A stretch of DNA of 55,703 nucleotides, from the NCBI GenBank assembly GCA_947454425.1, contig CANGJV010000001.1:1-55703 (forward strand), read 5' to 3'. The first letter of the stretch is position 1. Every line of letters starts with the position of its first letter. The notes below the pieces were generated by a model. It did not search any database. It saw nothing but the letters and a program-made list of their open reading frames with translations, and was not told the DNA's origin. Shown one piece after another: positions 37,143-47,576 of this stretch. The position numbers were made by a program, and so were the translations under genes. Source of the stretch: Candidatus Nanopelagicaceae bacterium. Lineage in GTDB: Bacteria; Actinomycetota; Actinomycetes; Nanopelagicales; Nanopelagicaceae.

Positions 37143-40100
37143 ATGAGTAAAGCGACTGGTGGTTCAGGGTTACGCCTAGTCGCCAACCCGATTACTCGCC
37201 CTCTCTACACCTTCGATGATCAGCAAAAATCTGCCGTCGCTCATCGCGGTTCGCCTCTCATTATTGGTGGCGCAACCGGTACAGGTAAGACCACAACTCT
37301 GATCGAATGCGCAATCGACCGCATTCGAAATGGTGCACCTGCCGATTCAATACTTATCCTTGCATTTGGACGCGAGCGAGCATCAGAGATTCGTGATGCA
37401 ATCGTTGTCGCATCTGGCGGCACCATTCAAGAACCAGTTGCACGAACTTTTCACGCATTGGCGTATTCGATTCTTTCCATGACATCAGGTGAAACTTTCC
37501 GCGAAACAGTTTTGATATCAGGCGCCGAGCAAGAGGCTTTTATCAAATCACTCCTTGAGGGAAATATCGCTGACAAAGTTGATTGGTGGCCGGCAGATCT
37601 TCGAATGGATTCAAATGCCACTGAAGAGATTGTGATGGGTGAACCACTTCTTACCCAAGGATTTATCCGCGAGCTCCGCGATTTGATGATGCGTGCAACC
37701 GAGCGCGGACTATCTCCAATCGAACTTCGCGAAAAGGGCAAGCGACTGCAAGAACGATTCTGGGAACCGGCGGCACGTTTCTGGCAGCAATACCTTGAGG
37801 TATCGGCAAATATGGATACCGGTGCAGGCGATGCCAAGATGCGTATCGATCCATCAGAGATCATTAATGCCGCAATTGCACATTTAAAGAGCAACCCTGA
37901 ACTTCTTGAAAATCTACGCAAGCGTTTTACAACAATCATGGTGGATGAATTTCACGAGACCGACCCTGCTCAGCGGCGCCTACTCGAATTATTGGCAGGG
38001 CAAGACTTTGTGGCAGTGGTAGATCCGCAATCTGCAGTTGGTCGCTTCCGAGGTTCTGACCCTGATGGCGTCAATCAATACCTCGAGCAGAAATTTGGTA
38101 ACGCAACAACAATTACTCTGATCAACTGCCATCGGGGTGCTCCGCAAAAGTTTGCTATCGAGCTTCGCTCTGAGGCAGAAGAGGCGCAATACATCGCCTA
38201 CAACATTAAGCGCGCACATCTGATTGAAGGCATTGCATACTCAGATATTGCAATTATCGTCCGTGCGCACAACACCACCGCAACAGCTATTCGCAGAGCC
38301 CTTGGTCAATCCGCAATTCCAGTCGCTGGGGACCGCGAGGCAATTGCCACTAATGCAGCGATTGCGCCTTTCCTTCTCCTCGCCCGTCTCGCCACCGGGG
38401 TAGAGAAGCTCACCCTCGAAAATTGCGAACGCCTCTTGTTATCTGAGTTTGGTGGAGCAACATCTATCTCGCTCCGTCGTATCCGTACATCGCTATTAAA
38501 AACCCGAGATGATGCCACCGATACTCGAACCGGGACCGAAATGATTATCGATGCGCTCGAAAAGGGCGATATTCCAATCGAAGAGAGTGCAGAGCTTCGA
38601 CGTGTTCACGATCTCTTAGCTGCTGCACGAAAGTCACTTCGTAAGAAGAACGCATCTATCCACGATCTACTCTGGGCTATCTGGTCAACTGCTACCAATA
38701 GCGAAAATCAATTGATAGCAGAGGCCTGGCAACGCGCAGCTCTTCGCGGGGGCTCACGCGGAGCCGCAGCAGATCGCGACCTTGATGCGATGGTGCAACT
38801 CTTTGACTCTGCGGCACGACATATTGATCGCATGCCTGGTGCACATCCCACATTATTTCTAGAAGAGATTGCCCACGAAAATATTGTCTCTGACCTCATC
38901 ACCACCAAAGGTGTTCGCCCCGATGTCGTCGAACTTCTCACAGTCCACTCTGCAAAGGGCTTGCAATTTAAGCGAGTCTTTGTGGCAGGCATCCAAGAAG
39001 GTATTTGGCCAAATCTCAAACAACGTAGCACCTTACTTGGCGCCGAGCGCCTGGTCGAGCGCGAACGCCATGGTGAAGAACTTGCACAAGTTGCACTCGA
39101 CCTCATCACCGCGCAATCGCTTGCAGAAGATGAGAAGCGCTTATTTCATGTGGGAACAACGCGCGCCAGCGAACAACTTCATATCACCGCAATTACTCGC
39201 GAAGAAGATTCGCCATCAGCCTTTTTTCAAGAAGCGGCTGAATCCGAGAGCTTTACTTCCCTAGTATTTAACGATGCCCGTCCCTTGACTGCAAATGCGC
39301 TCGTTGCATCGCTCCGTAAATCACTCACAACAGATAAAGCGGATGTAGCGGCTTCACTACTTGCTACTCTCGCTGCATCCGAAATTACAGTTGCAGATCC
39401 TGATAGCTGGCTTGGTGCCCACCACATATCTTCGACCGCGCCCCTCTTTGCCGAAAATGAACTCGTTCCAATCTCTCCTAGTGCTGCCGAATCCTTTGAA
39501 ACCTGCGGACTCAAGTGGTTGCTCGAGCGCAACGGTGGCTCGGATGGAGACTCTACGGCGCAGCTTTTAGGCTCTGTCATCCACGAATACGCGCGCATCA
39601 AGGTCGAAGATCCAACAATTTCCGATGAGCAGCTCTATCAATCACTCGATCAAGCATGGCCGCTGATTACAGAATCTTCTGGATGGATTAGCAAACTTCA
39701 ACTTCAGCGCGCACAGAAGATGCTCGAACGTTTTGCGCAGTACCACCGCACATCAACTCGCGAAGTTGAAGGTGTCGAACTCACCTTTGAATTCGAACTC
39801 GGTCACGCCAAGGTGAGAGGCTCCGTTGATCGACTTGAAGTTGATGGCGATGGAAGGCTATTCGTCGTTGATTTCAAGACCGGTAAAGCAATCGGAAAGA
39901 AAGAAGCGGCAGAGAATCTGCAATTAGCCTGCTATCAATTAGCGGTCGTACTCAATGGTTTTAAGAATAAATTTGAATCCCCAGAAGTATCAGGCTCACA
40001 TCTGGTATTTCTTGGCCACGATACAAAGGAAGTTGCCACCCGCGATCGTCCACCGATTATTGTCGAGGATGTAACTACGCAGATTGAAAAGATTGCAACT

Positions 40101-40208
40101 GCGATGGCAGCTCCAACATTTATCGCAAAGAAGAATGACTTCTGTACTTACTGTCCTGTTAAGAGCTCATGCCCAGTCCACCTTCAGGGAAGGTCGGTGA
40201 TTGGATGA
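37143..40208 (+). CDS. adnA: ATP-dependent helicase-nuclease subunit AdnA
   Basis: GATGTGKT, VDEFHE, TVHSAKG; RecB-type nuclease VDFKTG; Fe-S Cys (TCGL...CTYCPVKSSC). Confidence 0.9.
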   Translation: MSKATGGSGLRLVANPITRPLYTFDDQQKSAVAHRGSPLIIGGATGTGKTTTLIECAIDRIRNGAPADSILILAFGRERASEIRDAIVVASGGTIQEPVARTFHALAYSILSMTSGETFRETVLISGAEQEAFIKSLLEGNIADKVDWWPADLRMDSNATEEIVMGEPLLTQGFIRELRDLMMRATERGLSPIELREKGKRLQERFWEPAARFWQQYLEVSANMDTGAGDAKMRIDPSEIINAAIAHLKSNPELLENLRKRFTTIMVDEFHETDPAQRRLLELLAGQDFVAVVDPQSAVGRFRGSDPDGVNQYLEQKFGNATTITLINCHRGAPQKFAIELRSEAEEAQYIAYNIKRAHLIEGIAYSDIAIIVRAHNTTATAIRRALGQSAIPVAGDREAIATNAAIAPFLLLARLATGVEKLTLENCERLLLSEFGGATSISLRRIRTSLLKTRDDATDTRTGTEMIIDALEKGDIPIEESAELRRVHDLLAAARKSLRKKNASIHDLLWAIWSTATNSENQLIAEAWQRAALRGGSRGAAADRDLDAMVQLFDSAARHIDRMPGAHPTLFLEEIAHENIVSDLITTKGVRPDVVELLTVHSAKGLQFKRVFVAGIQEGIWPNLKQRSTLLGAERLVERERHGEELAQVALDLITAQSLAEDEKRLFHVGTTRASEQLHITAITREEDSPSAFFQEAAESESFTSLVFNDARPLTANALVASLRKSLTTDKADVAASLLATLAASEITVADPDSWLGAHHISSTAPLFAENELVPISPSAAESFETCGLKWLLERNGGSDGDSTAQLLGSVIHEYARIKVEDPTISDEQLYQSLDQAWPLITESSGWISKLQLQRAQKMLERFAQYHRTSTREVEGVELTFEFELGHAKVRGSVDRLEVDGDGRLFVVDFKTGKAIGKKEAAENLQLACYQLAVVLNGFKNKFESPEVSGSHLVFLGHDTKEVATRDRPPIIVEDVTTQIEKIATAMAAPTFIAKKNDFCTYCPVKSSCPVHLQGRSVIG

Positions 40209-43200
40209 GCGCGGCAATGAATGAGAAGTTCACACCACTTCAGGTAGCGCAATTTATTCAATTGATTGACTCTGATTTTCCATCTCCCAGTGAAGAACAA
40301 TCATTGATCATCTCTATCAAGAGCAATCCACTCGAACCCGCAGTTGTCATTGCAGGTGCCGGCTCTGGTAAAACTGAGACGATGGCATCTCGCGTCGTCT
40401 ACTTAGTTGCCAATGGGTTCGTTAGACCAGATCAGATTCTCGGCCTTACCTTCACTCGCAAGGCGGCCGGCGAACTCAACCTTCGTATCCGAAAGCGTTT
40501 AGCCCAATTGGCTAAAGGCATGGAAAAAAGCGGTATAGAACGCCCATTTGCCAGCCTCGATACATCGGTCACGACCTATCACTCATATGCCGGTCGAATA
40601 CTCTCTGAACACTCCATCCGCCTCGGAATCGATGCCGATTCACAACCACTCGGCGAGGCAGCGCTATGGATGATGGCCAATCGCATCGTTCGCAATTGGG
40701 ATGAAGATGGATATACCAATGAAAGTTCCATCACGACAGTTGTTGAAGATCTCCTTGGCTTAACTTCGCAAGCACTCGAACACCAAGTAACCGGTGATCA
40801 GATAATCGATGAAGATACTCGACTGCTCGCAGAGCTCGCTCGCATGGATGGACAGAAGAATGAAGGTGTCCGCAAAGCCGCTCTTACGTCACAGCAACGT
40901 ATGGGCCTTGTTGCCATGATGGATAAATTCCTCGAGCAACGCCGCACCAGTGGACAACTTTCATTCGATGATCAGATTGCTCTCTCGGCGCGTATAGCTC
41001 AGAACTTTCCAGATGTAGGTTCGCTCGAACGAGCGAAATACCCCGTCGTGCTGCTTGATGAATATCAAGATACTTCGCACTCACAGGTGCGTTTACTCTC
41101 TACTCTCTTTGGCGGAGGCCATCCAGTTACAGCTGTTGGTGATCCTTGCCAGAGCATCTACACCTGGCGTGGAGCAGCTGCCGGAACAATCGGCGCCTTC
41201 AATAACTACTTTCCAAAGCCGGCATCACATAGTGGTGCACTTCAGTACAACCTTTCAACCACCTATCGCAATGATCAGAGCATTCTCGATGTTGCAAATA
41301 TCATCTCCGAGGGAGTGCGCAATAACGATGGCGTAAAGGTTGAACCACTCCGAGCTCGAACAACGGCTGGTCCCGGCGACCTCACATGTGGCATCTTCGA
41401 AAACCTCGATGCCGAGGCACAAGCCATTGCTGAATATTTCACGCCGCTCTGGGTTGCAAACTCTGCCCGAGAAAAACCACTTACCTTTGCGGTCTTGGTG
41501 CGCAAAAAATCACAGATTCCATATATCCAGAGTGCTCTTACCGCTGCAGATATTCGATCAGAGGTCTTAGGCCTTGGTGGGCTTATCCATGTCGCCGAGG
41601 TCGCAGATATTGTTGCGCTCTTAAAGGTAATTAACTCACCTGATGCTGGCGGTGCGCTCATGCGCCATCTCACAGGTCCGCGCATTAACTTAGGTGCACG
41701 TGATATCGCAGCGCTCGGCCGTTTCTCTCGCAGTCGCGCAAAGAGCGAGGGATCAGATAATCGCACCCTGGTGCAGAATATTATTGCCGGTAATCAACTT
41801 CTCTCTGATAGCGATGACCAGATTCTTGGCTCGCTCATTGATGCGCTTGATGAGATTGGGTCAGCTGATGCGCGAGATTTCTCTGCGCCAGGTTTTGCAC
41901 GGCTTATTCAATTCTCTGCCGATCTACGTAGATTGCGCTCTCGAGCTTCAGGTTCTATTACTGACTTAATCCTTGAAATCGAGCGCTATCTCAACTTAGA
42001 GGTAGAAGTTGCGCTCCGCGAAGAAGGAATTCATGGTCGTCGCCATCTCGATCGGTTCCTAGATGAGGCAAGTAAGTTCGCGCGCTCTGGTGGATCACTC
42101 AATGGATTTATCCAATGGCTTGATGTTGCGAGCGAAGAAGAAGGCGGCCTCAAGGCAGGTGCGCCAGAAGTTGATTCATCAGTGGTTCAAATTCTCACTA
42201 TCCATATGTCAAAGGGCGCCGAGTGGGATGTCGTTGCAATCCCTGGTTTGACCGAAGGTACATTTCCTTCAAAGAGCTCTAGAAGCCCTGAAAACTGGGT
42301 ATTTAACGAGCGTTTTATCCCCTTCGCACTTCGCAGCGATGCACATGTGGTTCCACAACTTAATCTTTCGCAGATCACAACGAATTCAGAAGCCAACAAG
42401 GCGCTCGATAAATACAAAGAAGATTGTTCTAGCTATCGTTATAGCGAAGAGATTCGATTGGGGTATGTCGCAGTAACTCGCGCAAAGTCTCATCTCTTCT
42501 GTTCTGCCTCTTACTGGGGCGAAGGCGTCAAACCGCTTGCGCCATCTGTGCTCTATCGCAACGTTGAAGAGATTGCCCGTACCTCTGGCACGGTAATTGA
42601 TGAACTCCAACCACCGGCTAGCGATGCCCGCAATCCACAGGAAGATATAGAAGTCACTGCACTCTGGCCCCGCGATCCGCTCGGTGCCCGTCGCGCTGCC
42701 TTTGAAGGTGCAATTGAAATAGTTCGCTCCGCAAAGGTTATTGATCTTGAAAGTCTTGCTGGAGATGAACGCGTGCAGTCTTGGGTTGAAGATGCGCAAG
42801 CAATCATCCGAGAAAACTCTGAATTCCGCGGAACTGGGCTAGAAATTCCACGTCCGATTCGTATGTCACCGTCATCAATCATCGCAATGAAAAAGAACCC
42901 TGAGGAATTTGCACGAAACGTACGACGCCCAATGCCACGCGCACGGGACGAATACTCATCACGCGGAACCGCCTTCCACCTATGGATTGAGAAGCATCTT
43001 CGAGGTAATTCAATTTTTGATGATGAAGACTTTGATCTACTCTCACCGATTGAAGATGACCGCACCTTAGAAGAGCTGAAGGCAAAGTGGCTCGCATCTG
43101 ATTGGGGATCTCGCACCGCATTTGATGTGGAAGTTCCATTTGAGACTGTCATCGCCGGCACTCTTGTTCGCGGCCGAATCGATGCAATTTATAAGACAGA

Positions 43201-43414
43201 GCAAGGCTTTGAGGTCGTTGACTGGAAGACCGGCTCGACGGTGCTTGATGATGACTCAGCAATTCAATTAGCAATCTATCGCCTAGCGTGGGCGACGCTC
43301 TCAGAGACACCAATCGAAAATGTAAGCGCTTCCTTCCATTATGTGCCAACCGGAGTCACAGATCGACGCACCAACTTAATGAGCCTTGAAGAGCTGACTC
43401 AACTCTTAAGTTAG
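40205..43414 (+). CDS. adnB: ATP-dependent helicase-nuclease subunit AdnB
   Basis: AGAGSGKT, LDEYQD, YVAVTRA, GRID...VDWKTG...QLAIY; ATGA overlap with adnA. Confidence 0.92.
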   Translation: MSAAMNEKFTPLQVAQFIQLIDSDFPSPSEEQSLIISIKSNPLEPAVVIAGAGSGKTETMASRVVYLVANGFVRPDQILGLTFTRKAAGELNLRIRKRLAQLAKGMEKSGIERPFASLDTSVTTYHSYAGRILSEHSIRLGIDADSQPLGEAALWMMANRIVRNWDEDGYTNESSITTVVEDLLGLTSQALEHQVTGDQIIDEDTRLLAELARMDGQKNEGVRKAALTSQQRMGLVAMMDKFLEQRRTSGQLSFDDQIALSARIAQNFPDVGSLERAKYPVVLLDEYQDTSHSQVRLLSTLFGGGHPVTAVGDPCQSIYTWRGAAAGTIGAFNNYFPKPASHSGALQYNLSTTYRNDQSILDVANIISEGVRNNDGVKVEPLRARTTAGPGDLTCGIFENLDAEAQAIAEYFTPLWVANSAREKPLTFAVLVRKKSQIPYIQSALTAADIRSEVLGLGGLIHVAEVADIVALLKVINSPDAGGALMRHLTGPRINLGARDIAALGRFSRSRAKSEGSDNRTLVQNIIAGNQLLSDSDDQILGSLIDALDEIGSADARDFSAPGFARLIQFSADLRRLRSRASGSITDLILEIERYLNLEVEVALREEGIHGRRHLDRFLDEASKFARSGGSLNGFIQWLDVASEEEGGLKAGAPEVDSSVVQILTIHMSKGAEWDVVAIPGLTEGTFPSKSSRSPENWVFNERFIPFALRSDAHVVPQLNLSQITTNSEANKALDKYKEDCSSYRYSEEIRLGYVAVTRAKSHLFCSASYWGEGVKPLAPSVLYRNVEEIARTSGTVIDELQPPASDARNPQEDIEVTALWPRDPLGARRAAFEGAIEIVRSAKVIDLESLAGDERVQSWVEDAQAIIRENSEFRGTGLEIPRPIRMSPSSIIAMKKNPEEFARNVRRPMPRARDEYSSRGTAFHLWIEKHLRGNSIFDDEDFDLLSPIEDDRTLEELKAKWLASDWGSRTAFDVEVPFETVIAGTLVRGRIDAIYKTEQGFEVVDWKTGSTVLDDDSAIQLAIYRLAWATLSETPIENVSASFHYVPTGVTDRRTNLMSLEELTQLLS

Positions 43415-44202
43415 ATATCGATTGAGATTGGACGATGATCGCTAATCGTCATCTCTGGCGCCGTGACCTCTACCGATTTCAACTCTTTGCCTTTACGCAA
43501 GAGGATGTAATCAAATGAGATTGCAGGTTTCCATGAAGGATAGGTCAGCGCAACAGTTGCTCGCCTCCAACGCGTTACCTTGGTTGGAATTCCCCACGGT
43601 AGATTGAAATCTCCAACCAGCGCAACCTTCGTTGAATAATCTCGCTCCAACTTCTTTGCCCACCGCGTCACCTTAAAGAGTTGGAAGAGATTGACGAATG
43701 GAACAAATGAGAGATGGAGATTGATGACAGTCCATCCATTTTCCAAAACTGCTGCTATGGCAACTCGTGGTTCATCCTTCACATAGAAAGGTGCAACTTT
43801 GCCCTTCTCGTTTGCGATAAGAAGCGGCAAGCCTATCCATGCTTTACCAAGTTCTAATCTGAGCCAATGGTGGACTGGAATCTTTGTTGCAATTGCAATT
43901 CCATAATGTCCGGCAAGCGGAGCATCTTTTGAAGTATGGACTCTGCGATTCTCCTTTGATGGCGCCTTCCAGGAAAATCCAGGTGTTCCATGAACAGTCG
44001 GCGCAAAGCCCCAATCGATTGCGCCCATCGCATCTGAAATTTCGGCAGGTTGATTGATATTTCCAGATCGATCAAAGATTGAATCAATCTCTTGCAGCGC
44101 CACGACATCGCTACCGAGCTGCCCAAAAGCCGAAGTAAAATCGCCCTTTTCGGCAGGGTTGAGGCTCTGGCCATGCAAGAAATTCCACGAGGTGAGGCGC
44201 AT
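43411..44202 (-). CDS. Endonuclease/exonuclease/phosphatase-family protein
   Basis: SWN, LQEID, GDFN, DYI, SDHRP motifs. Confidence 0.9.
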   Translation of the reverse strand: MRLTSWNFLHGQSLNPAEKGDFTSAFGQLGSDVVALQEIDSIFDRSGNINQPAEISDAMGAIDWGFAPTVHGTPGFSWKAPSKENRRVHTSKDAPLAGHYGIAIATKIPVHHWLRLELGKAWIGLPLLIANEKGKVAPFYVKDEPRVAIAAVLENGWTVINLHLSFVPFVNLFQLFKVTRWAKKLERDYSTKVALVGDFNLPWGIPTKVTRWRRATVALTYPSWKPAISFDYILLRKGKELKSVEVTAPEMTISDHRPISIDI

Positions 44203-44227
44203 GGGGTAAGGCTAGTAACCTCCACCC
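44203..44227. promoter_or_regulatory. Back-to-back leaderless promoters for the EEP gene and nudC
   Basis: TAGCCT-N6-ATG (minus) and TAACCT-N6-ATG (plus) in a 25-nt gap. Confidence 0.65.
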
Positions 44228-45130
44228 ATGAGCGCGATTCGGCAGAGACCTTCCCTGATTGACCGTGCCGGTGAAGTTCGCGCCAATCCTGCTCGTCTAG
44301 AAGAACTCTGGCATAAAGCTCAGATTATTGAAGTGGGTAAGGGGCGCATCCGTAGCTCGATTGAGGGCCTTACCTTTATTCCACCAGCGCAGGCAATCGG
44401 TGGGGAGCGCTACTTCCTAGGTATAGAACTAGAAACGAATATTCCATTTTTTGCATGGGCATCTGGCGCAGTCGAATCTGATGTTGAAGATTATTTAACT
44501 CTGCGAGAACTCTCCGGTGGGCTATCGCCTTTGCAGCTTGAGATCGCAATGCATGCAATTGCTCTATCAAATTGGCACGGTGCACATCCCCATTGTGCAA
44601 AATGTGGCGCTGCAACGCGCGCCGATCTTGGTGGCGCAGTTCGAGTATGTGATGTCGATGAAAGTCAGCATCACCCACGAACTGATCCCGCCGTCATTGT
44701 TTTGATCAAAGATCGTGCTGACCGCATCTTGCTCGGCCACCAACCTGTTTGGCCAGAGGGAAGATTCTCAACCTTTGCCGGCTTTCTCGAACCAGGTGAA
44801 ACTTTCGAACAATGTGTTACTCGTGAAGCCTTTGAAGAATCAGGTGTGCGACTTACCGAAATCAAATATCTCGGCTCACAACCGTGGCCATTTCCGGCCA
44901 GCATCATGATTGCCTTTGAAGCAATCACAGATGCGCCAGATGATGCTCGACCAGATGGTGAAGAGATCACTGAGGTGAAGTGGTTCTCGCGCGCGCAACT
45001 TAAGAGCTCCGCGGAAGATGGTTCATTACTTCTTCCACCAAAGGTAAGCGTTGCGCGACAAATGATTGAAGGATGGCTCGGTGCCACAGAACTCGACGCT
45101 TCAAAATTGGCCGGTGAAACATGGCGATAG
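44228..45130 (+). CDS. nudC: NADH pyrophosphatase NudC
   Basis: Zn-ribbon HCAKCG, AGFLEPGETFEQCVTREAFEESG, SQPWPFP motifs. Confidence 0.95.
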   Translation: MSAIRQRPSLIDRAGEVRANPARLEELWHKAQIIEVGKGRIRSSIEGLTFIPPAQAIGGERYFLGIELETNIPFFAWASGAVESDVEDYLTLRELSGGLSPLQLEIAMHAIALSNWHGAHPHCAKCGAATRADLGGAVRVCDVDESQHHPRTDPAVIVLIKDRADRILLGHQPVWPEGRFSTFAGFLEPGETFEQCVTREAFEESGVRLTEIKYLGSQPWPFPASIMIAFEAITDAPDDARPDGEEITEVKWFSRAQLKSSAEDGSLLLPPKVSVARQMIEGWLGATELDASKLAGETWR

Positions 45131-46815
45131 ATGGATTCGCCACACACTCACTCGATGCAGTTGCGATTCTTGAAGCGCTCGATGATGATCAAAGAGCAGT
45201 AGCGCTTGCCTCTCGTGGACCCGTCTGCGTAATAGCAGGAGCTGGCACTGGAAAGACTCGAGCAATCACGCATCGCATTGCCTACGCCGCAGCAATAGGC
45301 ACGATGGATCCACAGAAGATTCTCGCTCTTACATTTACCGCACGTGCAGCAGGCGAAATGCGTGCCCGCCTACGAACTTTAGGCGTACCAACTGTTGCTG
45401 CTCGAACAATTCACTCCGCTGCGCTCAAACAGTTGCTCTATTTTTGGCCAACTGTTTTCGGTGGACGAACACCTGACCTGATTACCTCAAAGGGAAGTTT
45501 TATCTCAGAAGCAGTTCGCCGCGCAGGTCTTACCGCGCAGGTCTCGACAAATAACCGAGAACTCATGCGCGATATTGCAACAGAGATTGAATGGGCGAAG
45601 GTCTCACAAGTTGCACCGGAAGATTTCCTTGATGAGATGTCAAAGCGATTAATCAAACCGCGAGTAAATCCAGAACAGTTGGTGCAGCTCTATACCGCTT
45701 ACGAATCTATTAAGAAGCAAGAACTTGCGATTGACTTTGAAGATGTACTTTTACTGACCGCTGCGATGTTAGAAGAAGAGCGCGATGTTCGCGAACGTGT
45801 GCAAGATCAATATCGGTATTTCACCATTGATGAGTATCAAGATATTTCGCCGGTGCAACAACGACTCATCAATGCCTGGCTCGGTACTCGCACAGATATT
45901 TGTGTAGTCGGCGATCCGGCGCAGACTATTTACTCATTCGCCGGTGCAACGCCTGTCTTTCTCAATACCTTTACTCAGCGCTTCTCTGAAGCTCAGGTTA
46001 TTCGCCTCAGTACTGGTTATCGCTCAACTCCAGAGATTACCTTTGCTGCAAATTCAATTTTGCGCGTTGGCTCTATGGGACAAGAGTTAGTTGCCTTCAA
46101 TGAACACGGCAGTAAACCCACTGTTCAGGGCTTTAAAGATGAGCAATCAGAAATCGCCGGAGTACTCAGCGATATCGCCACCCTCTTAACTGAAGGAACT
46201 GCGCCGCAAGAGATTGCAGTTTTAGCGAGAACTAATGCTCAACTATCTGCCGTTGAACGGGCGATGAATAAAGAAGGCATTCCTTACCAAGTTCGCAATA
46301 CTGAGCGATTCTTCGACCGAACAGATGTGCGCGAATTCTTAAAGCAGGTGCGCCAAGCATCCGTTATTCCAACTGAAGGAAGTCAATGGATTGATGAGCT
46401 TCGGAGTATCGCGCAGCCATTCTTAACTGGAGAGTCCATTGATGGAATTGCAGCGCTACTTCACTTGGGTCGCGAACTCGATGAAAATCCAAACTTTGCA
46501 CCAAAGACCTTACGCGGATATTTGCGCGAAGTAGAAGATCGAGTTCAGCAGAACAACCCACCAACTATGCCGGTAATTACCTTGGCAACGCTGCATGCAG
46601 CGAAAGGCCTGGAGTGGGAGCGAGTCTTTTTGATTGGTGCTTCGGAAGGGATTTTGCCGCTGACAAGTCAGGGCAATTCGGTCGCCCTCACCGATGCAGT
46701 CATTGCAGAAGAGCGCCGCCTCTTCTATGTGGGCATGACTCGCGCCAAGGCCGATCTACACATCACTTTCCGCGCACAGCCATCGCGATTTTTGGCCGAA
46801 TCTACGCTCATTTAA
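45121..46815 (+). CDS. uvrD2: ATP-dependent DNA helicase UvrD2 (no C-terminal HRDC)
   Basis: AGAGTGKT, DEYQD, TLHAAKGLEW, EERRLFYVGMTRA; synteny with nudC and whiB7. Confidence 0.9.
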   Translation: MAIDGFATHSLDAVAILEALDDDQRAVALASRGPVCVIAGAGTGKTRAITHRIAYAAAIGTMDPQKILALTFTARAAGEMRARLRTLGVPTVAARTIHSAALKQLLYFWPTVFGGRTPDLITSKGSFISEAVRRAGLTAQVSTNNRELMRDIATEIEWAKVSQVAPEDFLDEMSKRLIKPRVNPEQLVQLYTAYESIKKQELAIDFEDVLLLTAAMLEEERDVRERVQDQYRYFTIDEYQDISPVQQRLINAWLGTRTDICVVGDPAQTIYSFAGATPVFLNTFTQRFSEAQVIRLSTGYRSTPEITFAANSILRVGSMGQELVAFNEHGSKPTVQGFKDEQSEIAGVLSDIATLLTEGTAPQEIAVLARTNAQLSAVERAMNKEGIPYQVRNTERFFDRTDVREFLKQVRQASVIPTEGSQWIDELRSIAQPFLTGESIDGIAALLHLGRELDENPNFAPKTLRGYLREVEDRVQQNNPPTMPVITLATLHAAKGLEWERVFLIGASEGILPLTSQGNSVALTDAVIAEERRLFYVGMTRAKADLHITFRAQPSRFLAESTLI

Positions 46816-46850
46816 TTACCTTGCGAGTAACTACCTCCATCGTTTACCCT
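46811..46850 (+). promoter_or_regulatory. whiB7 promoter: AT-rich motif 3 nt upstream of -35 TTGCGA, 18-nt spacer, -10 TACCCT
   Basis: TTTAATT-acc-TTGCGA-N18-TACCCT matches the WhiB7-dependent promoter layout. Confidence 0.6.
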
Positions 46851-46899
46851 TAAGCCTCTTCGCCACCAGGTGAAGGAATCAAGTGAAAGGGTCAACGTA

Positions 46900-47082
46900 A
46901 TGTCACAGAACATCATCGTTGCATCAGCAGGCGTTTCACGCGCTGCTTCTCTTTCACATGCTCACACAACCTCAGCCAACTTTGCGCGCACTCATAAGCG
47001 CAATTGGCCCACAGCTACGAAGTCAGCGTTCTACGCCAACTTTTATGCAGTGGTCGAGGCCACCGGAGCAGATATCGGCTAA
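46900..47082 (+). CDS. whiB7 leader peptide (uORF)
   Basis: MSQNIIVAS...EATGADIG ends 16 nt before a terminator preceding whiB7; alternative start GTG 46870. Confidence 0.65.
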   Translation: MSQNIIVASAGVSRAASLSHAHTTSANFARTHKRNWPTATKSAFYANFYAVVEATGADIG

Positions 47083-47098
47083 CCGATAACAGCGCCAC

Positions 47099-47140
47099 AA
47101 GGCCTCTTAAATCCACTAAGGATTTAAAGGGGCCTTTTTT
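47099..47140 (+). terminator. Rho-independent terminator (attenuator) upstream of whiB7
   Basis: AAGGCCTCTTAAATCC-ACTAA-GGATTTAAAGGGGCCTT followed by a T tract. Confidence 0.88.
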
Positions 47141-47205
47141 ATTGGAAAAAAATAAAGAAAATCAAAATAGAAAACTAAACGGAAGAAGAGAGGCAGGTGG
47201 AGACG

Positions 47206-47538
47206 ATGACCGTTCTCTACAGCGAATTACAGGTAGCAGGTTGGGCAGATCAATACATTGGGCTAGACGATGTCACATATACATCAGATAACTCCAAGGC
47301 CTTTACCTTGCCCTGCCATAACGCTGACCCAGAGCTCTTCTTTGCTGACTCCGACCTTGAGATCAACCTTGCTAAGTCACTCTGCGGCAGTTGTCCGATG
47401 AAGAGCGCATGTCTGGAAGGTGCACTCGATCGCGGTGAGCCACTCGGCGTCTGGGGCGGGCAGTTGATTGAAGATGGCGTCATTATTGAACGTAAACGTC
47501 GTCCAGGTCGTCCATCACGTCAGGTTGTAGCTGCGTAG
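47206..47538 (+). CDS. whiB7: WhiB7/WblC transcriptional regulator
   Basis: Four Cys, EPLGVWGG, C-terminal AT-hook-like KRRPGRPSR; position after uvrD2. Confidence 0.9.
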   Translation: MTVLYSELQVAGWADQYIGLDDVTYTSDNSKAFTLPCHNADPELFFADSDLEINLAKSLCGSCPMKSACLEGALDRGEPLGVWGGQLIEDGVIIERKRRPGRPSRQVVAA

Positions 47539-47576
47539 TCCAGAGTTAATCACCGATCGTGATGGATACTTCAGGT

